Below, piece after piece: positions 1 to 8,540 of a stretch of DNA of 64,000 nucleotides. Origin of the DNA: Candidatus Heimdallarchaeota archaeon (GTDB lineage: Archaea > Asgardarchaeota > Heimdallarchaeia > JABLTI01); assembly GCA_019056785.1 (NCBI GenBank), contig DXJV01000073.1, positions 1,416 to 65,415 on the forward strand, written 5' to 3'. The translations under genes were made by a program, and so were the position numbers. Position 1 is the first letter of the stretch, and each line of letters starts with the position of its first letter. Under the pieces are notes generated by a model that did not search any database, was not told the DNA's origin, and saw only the letters and a list, made by a program, of their open reading frames with translations.

Positions 1-530
1 GCAATATAAATTGCTGATGCCGTCATAGAGTCTATACTTCTACCTCGAATTAATTTTGCTTTGAGTGCACGGCGGTAATAAATTGCTGCAGTCTCAGTAA
101 TGTCTTCTGAAATGCCCAATTGACTCGAGATTCTCTTTAATTCGAAAATAGCATCTCGAAGATTTCTCGCCTCAGAACGTCCTGTTCGTCGATTTAGCCA
201 TCGTAAACGATTCATCCGAGCAATTGTTGTCGGACTTAAACTCCTACCAGAAATGTCTTTATACCCATTGCCAATCTGTGTGCGCAGTCCTTTGTCGATC
301 TTTAAATTGCTTGCAGGGGCGCCAACTCTTTCTCTTGCATCTTGCTCACTTTTTGAGAAAGCACGCCATTCCGGAGCTGTACTAATAATCATCTCTTGAA
401 CTGCACCACAACTTGTACAGATTCTCTCTCCACGGGCTTCATCATTAATTAATGCTTCAGAGCCACAATATTTGCAAACATTTTGCGAGTCTTCATATTT
501 TTCCCTTTTTGGAGATTTTTCTCTTGACAA
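1..530 (-). CDS. tfb: Transcription initiation factor TFB (TFIIB homologue), N-terminal part; the gene runs off the window start
   Basis: Own minus-strand translation from TTG at 530..528 gives MSREKSPKREKYEDSQNVCKYCGSEALINDEARGERICTSCGAVQ, a CxxC..CxxC Zn-ribbon. This is followed by a linker and the first cyclin repeat (ITETAAIYYRRALKAKLIRGRSIDSMTASAIYI). It is absent from the ORF track because there is no stop inside the window. Confidence 0.85.
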   Translation of the reverse strand, partial: MSREKSPKREKYEDSQNVCKYCGSEALINDEARGERICTSCGAVQEMIISTAPEWRAFSKSEQDARERVGAPASNLKIDKGLRTQIGNGYKDISGRSLSPTTIARMNRLRWLNRRTGRSEARNLRDAIFELKRISSQLGISEDITETAAIYYRRALKAKLIRGRSIDSMTASAIYI

Positions 531-681
531 TTTTTATAACACCTTTACTTTTTCAGTACTTCTATACGGACTTTTTGATACTCCCGATATAAGTATTAGA
601 TAAGGACTACCTTGGTAGTATATTACTCATTTCTACTATATAAACTTTACTAACAAATTTTCGATGAAAAAAAGAAAAAAA

Positions 682-1119
682 TTAGGAATAAATGTCAAAA
701 TCTGGGCTAACATTTCCGTGGCATTTTCCATAAAAGAAATCTTTAGCACACCAGGTTGTTTTACCCGCTTCAAAAACATAATTAATATTTCCAGAGTCAT
801 AAACGACTCGATCATTAATTTTGAGTATTAATCGTCTTAAAACCCATTTTCCTGATGTATCCTGGTGTTTTTTTAAGCATAAAAATTGAAACCAATCTGA
901 AGTAAAATCAGATGGGATGGATAAATTAAATTCAGTTATTTTTCCTACTGCAAAATCCTCACAAAAAGGGTTATCTAATTGCCAAGAATATCCCCCAACA
1001 TATAATTTTATGGGGTCTTTTGTTCCACTTCCACGTGTATTAGCTGTAGTAAGTATAATTTTCATTTTATTGATTATTTCACACATATCTTTGTTTTCAG
1101 ACACAACTAATGCCTCCAA
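682..1119 (-). CDS. Small protein with a PLAT/LH2-like beta-sandwich domain
   Basis: Pattern KIILTTANTRGSGTKDPIKLYVGGYSWQLDNPFCEDFAVGKITEFNLSIP...GKWVLRRLILKINDRVVYDS parallels the PLAT consensus (TG..AGTD..v.i.l.G....L....F.rG....f......W.l..v.v). Assigned by eye only. Confidence 0.45.
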   Translation of the reverse strand: MEALVVSENKDMCEIINKMKIILTTANTRGSGTKDPIKLYVGGYSWQLDNPFCEDFAVGKITEFNLSIPSDFTSDWFQFLCLKKHQDTSGKWVLRRLILKINDRVVYDSGNINYVFEAGKTTWCAKDFFYGKCHGNVSPDFDIYS

Positions 1120-1251
1120 TATTTGAGAGAGAAAAACTAGTTGTTCTTCATTGTTACAAACTCATTGTATGATAAAAAGAATTGTAGTGTAGAAACTAAG
1201 AAAATAGAATCTAAAACTACACTATTTTGGGAATTAACAGGAGTGGTAAGA

Positions 1252-2610
1252 TTAGTAGTTTGGCTTACCAACTCCAAAAGCAACAAAACCATTTTTACGG
1301 AATTTTTCAAGATTAATAACGTCACGCCCATCAATGATAATTGGGTGTTTCATTCGTTCTTTTAGCCATTGGGGTTCTAAAGCATAGTAATCTTTATGCT
1401 TGACAAATATCAATAAAATATCTGCGTCTCGAATAATTTCTTCCAAATTTTTACTTAAAGGATATGGAAATTCCCGTTGACGGACATAAGGATCGTGAAT
1501 TGCCCACTTGATTTTGCGCTCTTCTAAAAGTTTTACAAAAGCTTCTGTAGGTGAATTTCTCGTGTCCTCCGAATTTTCTAAGAAAGACGCTCCAAGGATA
1601 GCGAGTTTTGCATTTTTAATGTCAATACCAGCTTTTTTAGCAGCAGCTTCAGCAAGTTCGAGCATATGAAGGGGCATCTGATCATTGCGCATACGAGCTT
1701 TTACTATAACTTCAAAGGGGACCTTTATTTTACCATATGTATCCACACCAAATTTCAGCAACCAAGGATCTTTGGGTAAACAATGTCCCCCTACACCCGC
1801 ACCTGGAAGGTGCAAGTCACGATAGGCATTGGAATTAAAGGGCAAGCTGTTGACACATTTCCGGACGTCATTAAAATCCGCATGCAAAGCTTCACAAGCA
1901 AGGGCTACTTCGTTTGCAAATGCAATTTGAACGTCACGATATGTGTTCTCAACAACTTTTGCTACTTCTGCAGTTGTTGCCGAAACGGGAATTAATTTCT
2001 CTTTGACAATGTGTTTGTAGAGCCAAAGACCTTTTTTAGTGCATTCTTCTGTCACGCCGCCAATTACTCGTGGATAATTAACAATATTATTTATGAGTCT
2101 TCCAACCATAACTCTTTCATAAGCAAAAACCAAATAGAAGTCTTTACCACAGGTCTTACCGGAATTTTCTTCCAAAATGGGTTTTACGATGTTTTCAGTT
2201 GTGCCAGGTGCGACAGTAGACTCAACAATAACGACTGCACCATCTTTCATCTTCTGGCCAACTACAGCAGAGACTTCGCGAAGAGATTTATATAAAGGCT
2301 GGTGGGTTTCTTTATCCGTTGGAGTTTGAACATCAATCAAAATATAGTTCATATCCCGAAGAACTTCGGTATCGTCTGTGACACGAAAAGTTTTCTTTTC
2401 CAGAACAACTCGTCGAATAAGCTCAGGCAATTCAGGTTCATTAAGAATTGGACATTCACCACGGTTTAAAGCCTCAATCTTCCATCCAGAGCGTTTGGAT
2501 CTTCTCTGAATACCAATAACCTCAAAGCCGTCCACATCTGCTAAAAGTGCTGCGGCAGGAATACCAACATAACCCATGCCAATAACTGCGATTTTCGTTT
2601 TCTCTTTCAA
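1252..2610 (-). CDS. Nucleotide-sugar 6-dehydrogenase (UDP-ManNAc/UDP-Glc dehydrogenase family)
   Basis: N-terminal Rossmann motif KIAVIGMGYVGIPAA and catalytic-Cys motif GGHCLPKDP. Length (452 aa) and domain order are typical of the WecC/Ugd family. Confidence 0.85.
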   Translation of the reverse strand: MKEKTKIAVIGMGYVGIPAAALLADVDGFEVIGIQRRSKRSGWKIEALNRGECPILNEPELPELIRRVVLEKKTFRVTDDTEVLRDMNYILIDVQTPTDKETHQPLYKSLREVSAVVGQKMKDGAVVIVESTVAPGTTENIVKPILEENSGKTCGKDFYLVFAYERVMVGRLINNIVNYPRVIGGVTEECTKKGLWLYKHIVKEKLIPVSATTAEVAKVVENTYRDVQIAFANEVALACEALHADFNDVRKCVNSLPFNSNAYRDLHLPGAGVGGHCLPKDPWLLKFGVDTYGKIKVPFEVIVKARMRNDQMPLHMLELAEAAAKKAGIDIKNAKLAILGASFLENSEDTRNSPTEAFVKLLEERKIKWAIHDPYVRQREFPYPLSKNLEEIIRDADILLIFVKHKDYYALEPQWLKERMKHPIIIDGRDVINLEKFRKNGFVAFGVGKPNY

Positions 2611-2785
2611 TTATTTCACCGCAATTTACTTGATTCTTCTTGCCAGAACGAAGAGGGCGTTTTAATAATAATTTTATACTGTTAATTTTAGATTGCTGAT
2701 TTTTGGCAAGAATATTTCGTAATTGCTCTGGACTAGGGCCTTTCTTATATTTGTTATGACGATTTTCTTTTTTCGAAGTCTTTCT

Positions 2786-4687
2786 TCATGTAAAAAAATC
2801 GAGCATTTTGGAAATATCTGTTGTAGGGAATTTACAGAAACGGTTAACACACACATAAGCCATTGCCTTATTATCTTCCATTTTCTTATTTGCAACAAAA
2901 TCCGTGATCTGTAAGATTTCCTCTTCAGCCCCTTTTGGTACGAAAAGGAGAATTTTGTTCGGAATAAACTGTGTGTGGATTGCCCGTATCATTGCCGCAG
3001 TATCCCTAGCTCCTTTAATTCCAACAATAACTATTTCAAAAGACTGGCCAAAGGCATATTCTAAAGCATTAAGAAACATCGTATGAGCAAGAAGCGATTG
3101 TCCTATCTGTGTTGCAAATGTTTTATTTATTTGCAATGCCATTTCTTCAAAAGAAAGATCACCGGTAATGCGTGCAATCTTGAGTAAGTTTAACATTACA
3201 ACTGAATTGCCTGAGGGAATAGCCCCATCATAGATTTCTTTCTTCCGGATGAGTAATTTTTCACCATCATCTGGTGTGAAATAAAAACCACCATTTGTAT
3301 TATCCCAAAAGTGCTTTATCAATTGTTGATTTAAGAAAAGTGCATTTTGTAAAAACTTCGTCTCGAAAGTTGTTTGATAAAGCTCTAATAAGGCCCAAAT
3401 AAGAAAACTATAGTCATTAACTAAGCCTTTAATGGCAACATCCCCTTCGCGATAGCGATGAAAGAGTCTACCATCAGTTGTTGTAAAAGTCTTTAGAATA
3501 AATTCTCCAGCAGCCTTAGCAGCATTTGTAAAACGTGGCTCATCAAAAACTCGACCAGCAATGGAAAAAGCTGCAATCATTAAACTATTCCAGTCTGTTA
3601 AAATTTTATCATCTTTATGTGGGTGTATTCTTTCCTCACGAACACGAAAGAGTTTATTTCTAAAGACATCAATCATTTTTTTCAATTCATTTTTTGGGAT
3701 GGAATATTTCTTTTCTAATATGGAAAGGTCTTTCATCAAATGAGGAATATTTGTTCCATTTCTTTCTTTTGAAACTTCAATCTCGAAGTTTCCTTCTTTT
3801 GTAAGATTAAAAATTTCTATAAAAAGTGCTGCATCTGAGCCTAAAACCTTTTTGATTTCGTTCATGGTCCAAGTATAGAATTTGCCTTCTTGTCTTTCAC
3901 TATCAGCATCTTCGGCAGAATAAAATCCACCGCCAGGAGCAGTTAAATCACGTAAAACATATTCTGCAATTTCATAGGCAACTTGCTTATAGAATGGATT
4001 CTTTGTTGCTTGGAATGCTTCCGTATAGGCTATTAAAAGAAGGGCTTGATCATAAAGCATCTTTTCAAAGTGAGGAACAAGCCATTTATTGTCTGTGGCA
4101 TATCGGTGAAAACCAAATCCAATGTGGTCATAAATACCACCAAAACGCATTGCTTGGAGAGTTTTCTCGACCATCGCTAAAGCTCGTTTTTCACCGGTTC
4201 TTTTCCAGTAGCGTAATAAAAAAAGTAATTTATGAGGGGTGGGAAATTTTGGAGCATGTCCGAAACCTCCAAAAGTGTTGTCAAATAATAATTGTGCTTC
4301 ATGAAATGCTTCAGCAAACACCTCAGCCCCCAAACCCGCCATGGGGAGGGAGAAGATATTTTGAAGTTGGTCAAGTACCTCCATCGATGCATGATATAAT
4401 TGTTCACGATTATGAACCCAATATTGTTTAATGCGCGGAATGAGTTCCAGCATACCAATGCGCCCAAAGTGGCTTTTTTTAGGAAAATAGGTACCAGCAG
4501 TAAAAGGACGTTTTTCCGCATCCATAATAATAGTCAAAGGCCAGCCACCACTACCGGTAATCATCTGACAAACTGTCATATAAAGACTGTCGATATCAGG
4601 GCGCTCTTCTCGATCAACTTTTATGTTAATCAAAACCTCATTCATTAATGCTGCTACTTCGGGGTCTTCAAAAGACTCATGTGCCAT
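2786..4687 (-). CDS. Thioredoxin-domain / six-hairpin glycosidase-like protein (YyaL / DUF255 / SSP411 family). The listed ORF is the part downstream of an in-frame TGA; the full reading frame extends to GTG at 4879
   Basis: The ORF starts at MAHESFEDPEVAALMNE. Upstream in the same frame I read [66 protein letters not shown]. This is the conserved N-terminal thioredoxin-like part, including CHWC. Confidence 0.8.
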   Translation of the reverse strand: MAHESFEDPEVAALMNEVLINIKVDREERPDIDSLYMTVCQMITGSGGWPLTIIMDAEKRPFTAGTYFPKKSHFGRIGMLELIPRIKQYWVHNREQLYHASMEVLDQLQNIFSLPMAGLGAEVFAEAFHEAQLLFDNTFGGFGHAPKFPTPHKLLFLLRYWKRTGEKRALAMVEKTLQAMRFGGIYDHIGFGFHRYATDNKWLVPHFEKMLYDQALLLIAYTEAFQATKNPFYKQVAYEIAEYVLRDLTAPGGGFYSAEDADSERQEGKFYTWTMNEIKKVLGSDAALFIEIFNLTKEGNFEIEVSKERNGTNIPHLMKDLSILEKKYSIPKNELKKMIDVFRNKLFRVREERIHPHKDDKILTDWNSLMIAAFSIAGRVFDEPRFTNAAKAAGEFILKTFTTTDGRLFHRYREGDVAIKGLVNDYSFLIWALLELYQTTFETKFLQNALFLNQQLIKHFWDNTNGGFYFTPDDGEKLLIRKKEIYDGAIPSGNSVVMLNLLKIARITGDLSFEEMALQINKTFATQIGQSLLAHTMFLNALEYAFGQSFEIVIVGIKGARDTAAMIRAIHTQFIPNKILLFVPKGAEEEILQITDFVANKKMEDNKAMAYVCVNRFCKFPTTDISKMLDFFT

Positions 4688-4896
4688 AACATGACACCAA
4701 TGACAAGTTGAATAACCAATGGAAAGAAAGATCGGTTTATCCTCTTCTCAGGCTTTTTGAAATGCTTCTTCGCCCCAAGGATACCAGTCAACTGGGTTGG
4801 TTGCGTGCTGGAGAAGATAAGGGCTTTTTTCGTTTATAAGATGATTATATTTTTTAACCTTTTTGCTATTTTTCTTCACAGAATAACTTCCTGTTT

Positions 4897-5397
4897 TTAT
4901 CCAACATAAACGGCGAATTGTGCTTGCAATTCTTTTAATCGTTCGAGAACTGCTTTAACATGTTCTTTCACTCGAACTTTCTCCCAAAGAGCTGCTATTC
5001 GGCTGTTGGGGTCAATTATAACTGTAGAACGCACAACACCAAAATAACGGCGGCCATACATAGATTTCTCTTGCCAAACACCATAATCCTTTAACACGCT
5101 CTTGGACTCATCACTAAGTAAGCAAACCTTTAAACCGTATTTCTCGGTAAAACGTTTATGACTAGAAAGCGAATCGGGGCTAATGCCTAAAACTATTGCA
5201 CCCAAGCTTTCAAATTATGCAAGAGCATTTGTGAAATCAATCGCTTCTAAGGTACAACCCTTTGTATTATCGCGTGGGTAAAAATAAATTATTACCCATT
5301 TACCCTTTAGATCTTTAAGACAAACCTCGGTGTCGTTGGTTTCAGGCAAACAAAAATTCGGAGCAGGATCACCGATTTTAATGTTCATCTTTATCAA
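4897..5397 (-). pseudogene. bcp: Bcp-type peroxiredoxin interrupted by an in-frame TAA (fragments 5215..5397 and 4897..5205)
   Basis: The N fragment carries the peroxidatic motif YPRDNTKGCTLEAIDFTNALA. After TAA, the same frame continues FESLGAIVLGISPDSLSSHKRFTEKYGL..., collinear with Bcp. Confidence 0.75.
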
Positions 5398-5867
5398 TCC
5401 TCGGTTTCCAAGAAATGGAAAATTTCTTTTAAATCGGGCACTTTAGAGAGATCATAGATCTTTTTGAAAATAACTTTGTGATTTTCATCCAACAAAATAT
5501 TCGCTCGTTGCGAAAATCCTTTTTCTTCAAAAAAGACACCAAGTTCCTTTGCTAATTGACCGTGAGGCCAAAAATCAGCTAAAAGACTTACTCGCTCGAT
5601 AGCAAGGCTTGCTGCCCAAGCTTTCTTAGAAGGGACAGAATCAACACTAACACCTAGAGGAACCACATTTAATTTTTGGAAATGGTCATAATTTTGCTCG
5701 AGGGATTGCATTTGCTTAGCACAGACACCGGTCCATGCGAGGGGATGAAATGATAAAAGAACCCTTTTTCCTTTCAAATGTTCGCTGTTAATTTCATTTT
5801 TGTTTTGATCAAACATCATAAAGGCTGCTGTTATTTGATCTCCAATTTGAATTTGTTTTGTAGGCAA
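5394..5867 (-). CDS. AhpC/TSA-family peroxiredoxin (redoxin)
   Basis: Motif FHPLAWTGVCAKQM (PxxxTxxC). 157 aa. ATGA overlap with the downstream bcp-like gene. Confidence 0.8.
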   Translation of the reverse strand: MPTKQIQIGDQITAAFMMFDQNKNEINSEHLKGKRVLLSFHPLAWTGVCAKQMQSLEQNYDHFQKLNVVPLGVSVDSVPSKKAWAASLAIERVSLLADFWPHGQLAKELGVFFEEKGFSQRANILLDENHKVIFKKIYDLSKVPDLKEIFHFLETED

Positions 5868-6034
5868 AAGAAAACACCTTAAGAATAATGTAGAAGGGCC
5901 TTCTTGATTAACCTACTGCTTCAAAAACTTAGGAAAAAGCCTTTATTTTTTTCCAACTCTAAAATATTAAAGAAAAAATAACGCAAAAAGAAAAGGCGCA
6001 ACTTAATCATTGAATAATTTATTAGTTAAACAGT

Positions 6035-6598
6035 TCATTTTCCATAAAGTTGTTTTAATAAAATTTCTCGTGCAATGGATTGAAAAGCACGTTTAATACC
6101 AATTCCTTTTGTAGCTATCGTTTCATAAACTGGAAAACCATCTAATCCTAAGCCACTTAACATTTCCGGGCGGGATAATGCATTTGGTACATCTCGTTTA
6201 TTCAAAGCGATAACCACAGGGACCTCTGTGCCAAACCGCTCCCCAAGAAATTCTTTCAACTCTTCAACTGATTCTTTATTATAGGGTTGCATCTCAGGAG
6301 TGGAATCTAAAACCAAAATAATCCCATCAACACCTCGAAGAATAACTTTCCTTTGACTCTTGTGTCGTGATTGTCCGGCAACAGTATAAGCATCAAGGAT
6401 CACTCTGCCAGATGCAGAAAAGGGGGTGAAATCAAAATATAACGTTCTGCCTGTAGGATCAGCTATGGAAGTAAAGCCACCTTTGGTTAGTCCTTCAACT
6501 TGATCATAAAGCCAGCGTAAACCAGTAGTTTTTCCACTTAAGGAAGGGCCGTAGAATACGATTTTTAAATGGATTCGACCTTGACTATCCTTTCGCAA
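6035..6598 (-). CDS. MglA-like small GTPase
   Basis: P-loop GPSLSGKTT. MglA-type switch II, YTVAGQ (T in place of the Ras D). NKRD G4 motif. RGVDGIILVLDS segment typical of MglA. Confidence 0.75.
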   Translation of the reverse strand: MRKDSQGRIHLKIVFYGPSLSGKTTGLRWLYDQVEGLTKGGFTSIADPTGRTLYFDFTPFSASGRVILDAYTVAGQSRHKSQRKVILRGVDGIILVLDSTPEMQPYNKESVEELKEFLGERFGTEVPVVIALNKRDVPNALSRPEMLSGLGLDGFPVYETIATKGIGIKRAFQSIAREILLKQLYGK

Positions 6599-6785
6599 TG
6601 TTTTGTACCTCTTGAAACCTTACATATACGAAAAATATCTATCAGATTATATTTTTTTCTACACAAAGTTATTTTTAACCAAAATTAAAGCTATTGGTTC
6701 TGACATTTTTCTAACTAAAAATTCTATGAAGCTAAGATTGTAGTAGTTTGCTTAAATGTTTTTTACAAGCTATAGCTCTAAGATG

Positions 6786-8237
6786 CTAAATCAATGAGGC
6801 GTGGAGATTCCCATTCATCCGATAGTTTTTTTGTCGAGCTTCCTCTAACTCCGCTTCTATAGTAAGAATTTTTTGCTTTGTCTTTTCACGGCGAGAGAAA
6901 TACACTTCAGGTGTTATACTCCTGTCATTAAAGGCTTTTATTAACTCTCTTAGGGTATCTTGAGCTGCTTTTAATTCGATTCTAAGCTGTTTAACTTCAT
7001 CGTTTTCTCTCATGTGGAAAATATCCCGGAGATTGCTATTATCGCGACCCGAGATATTCTCTGGTTTGACCGTAAATGGCGTTTGCTTAAGATCATTTAT
7101 CCGCCGATCAATTTTCTCTTGCAAAGAGTGATAATCCAAATTGAAGTTAAAGCTTTCAAGGAAGTAAAGGTCTGTTATTAAGAACCTTTCTCGCTCATAG
7201 AATAAATAGCTGAAAATTGTTTGTATTTGTTCCAGTAACATCTCAGAAGTTTTAAGTTTGATTTTTTCTTTATCCCCTAGGCGAAGCACCATTTTGTTTC
7301 CAAAGAATGTGGTTTTCTTTTGCTCGGCTTCTTTAATCTCATTCAGAGAAAGAGAACGTACTTTCCCTGTAAACCGAAAGATAAAATGATATTCGGGGAG
7401 ATAGTAAATTCTCTTGTTGGTAATAAAGAGTGTTCCTTTTTTTCTCCGCTCGCCGGGAAAAGTAAGTTTAACATTTGGGAAAGCCGCCACTTTAAGTTCA
7501 TATACTTCAGGTTCAAATTTTTCTGCTACTTCATCAAATAGATACATATAATTTTTAAGCTCAGCAATTTTCTCTTCGATTTCTAAAAGTTCCTTCTGAG
7601 GCTTGCTTAAAAAGTCATCAATTAAATTACAATAGCTAATGGCATGTGTCTTAATCATTTTGATAATTTTATCAATCTTAGAGAGTTGATAGATTGAAAT
7701 ATTGCGATTAAATGATAATTCTTTAGCATATTTATAGATGTGCTCTGAAACCTTATCCAGAATTTCACTCGCTCGGTATTTGGTCTCAGAAAAGCTTTTT
7801 TGGATTTGAATTAAACCCGATTCAATAGAAGGATACAAGCAAAAACGATCTCTTCGAATTTGTTTGATATTGGTAACTAGCTCGGAAAATTTATGTGCAA
7901 ATTTTTGTATGCTTTCTAAGCTTCTAGCAAGGGCATCAATTGCATCATAAAATTCCGTTGGTAGATTACTTGTTTTCTTCCCAATTTCTTTTAGCTTAGT
8001 TGAATTGCACATAGGGCACTTTAAAATTTTTTTAGTAGCGGGAATATGGTTTTGTTTGCCGCACTTTTCGCATGTCTTACCCCAGCTGATGTAACCGCAA
8101 TCTTTACAAAATGTGCACTCTTTTTTTTCGGTAATAAGACAGTCAAAACAATAGGTGCCGCTACAATCCTCACAATAATAAATATATTTGGCTTTTCGCT
8201 GGCATTTCATGCATCGCAAATCAGTATTATATTCCAA
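6786..8237 (-). CDS. Multi-zinc-ribbon protein with a central PH/GRAM-like domain and C-terminal coiled coil
   Basis: Seven CxxC pairs in residues 9-77. Central segment GTLFITNKRIYYLPEYHFIFRFTGKVRSLSLNEIKEAE...MVLRLGDKEKIKLK resembles GRAM/GLUE/bacterial-PH folds. The tail is heptad-rich. Confidence 0.5.
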   Translation of the reverse strand: MEYNTDLRCMKCQRKAKYIYYCEDCSGTYCFDCLITEKKECTFCKDCGYISWGKTCEKCGKQNHIPATKKILKCPMCNSTKLKEIGKKTSNLPTEFYDAIDALARSLESIQKFAHKFSELVTNIKQIRRDRFCLYPSIESGLIQIQKSFSETKYRASEILDKVSEHIYKYAKELSFNRNISIYQLSKIDKIIKMIKTHAISYCNLIDDFLSKPQKELLEIEEKIAELKNYMYLFDEVAEKFEPEVYELKVAAFPNVKLTFPGERRKKGTLFITNKRIYYLPEYHFIFRFTGKVRSLSLNEIKEAEQKKTTFFGNKMVLRLGDKEKIKLKTSEMLLEQIQTIFSYLFYERERFLITDLYFLESFNFNLDYHSLQEKIDRRINDLKQTPFTVKPENISGRDNSNLRDIFHMRENDEVKQLRIELKAAQDTLRELIKAFNDRSITPEVYFSRREKTKQKILTIEAELEEARQKNYRMNGNLHASLI

Positions 8238-8540
8238 GATGATTTCACACTCTTTTTGAAATTTGAATTATCTAATGTTAGCTGTAGAGGATTATCGGCG
8301 AAACTTATCGCTTTCATATGTCAAGAGATAATTTTCTCTATAGTAAAAACACACCTACTTGAAAATAAGGGGTTGTAATATTCGAATATTTTCCTAGTTG
8401 TCCGAAAAAAATCAAAGAAAGGAGCATTTTTTAACTAGCGAAAGAATAAAGAATCATAGAAGCATATATTTAATAACCAGCTTATTAATTTAATCTCTCT
8501 CAAAATTGTATACGCTCTCGTTGAGAAGGTGGTAAAAAAG

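Noticed and set aside
1137-1365. Small ORFs on both strands between the PLAT-like gene and the sugar dehydrogenase
   Set aside because: They overlap the 3' end of the dehydrogenase gene and each other. Their composition is poor, and they are more likely spacer than coding sequence.
4748-4750. Selenocysteine interpretation of the in-frame TGA in the YyaL-like gene
   Set aside because: The TGA aligns with a non-conserved Lys/Arg position (AFEKA-K/R-EDKP), not with a redox Cys. I could not see a convincing GC-rich SECIS-like hairpin in the 3' UTR by eye. It is retained as a nonsense/readthrough observation only.
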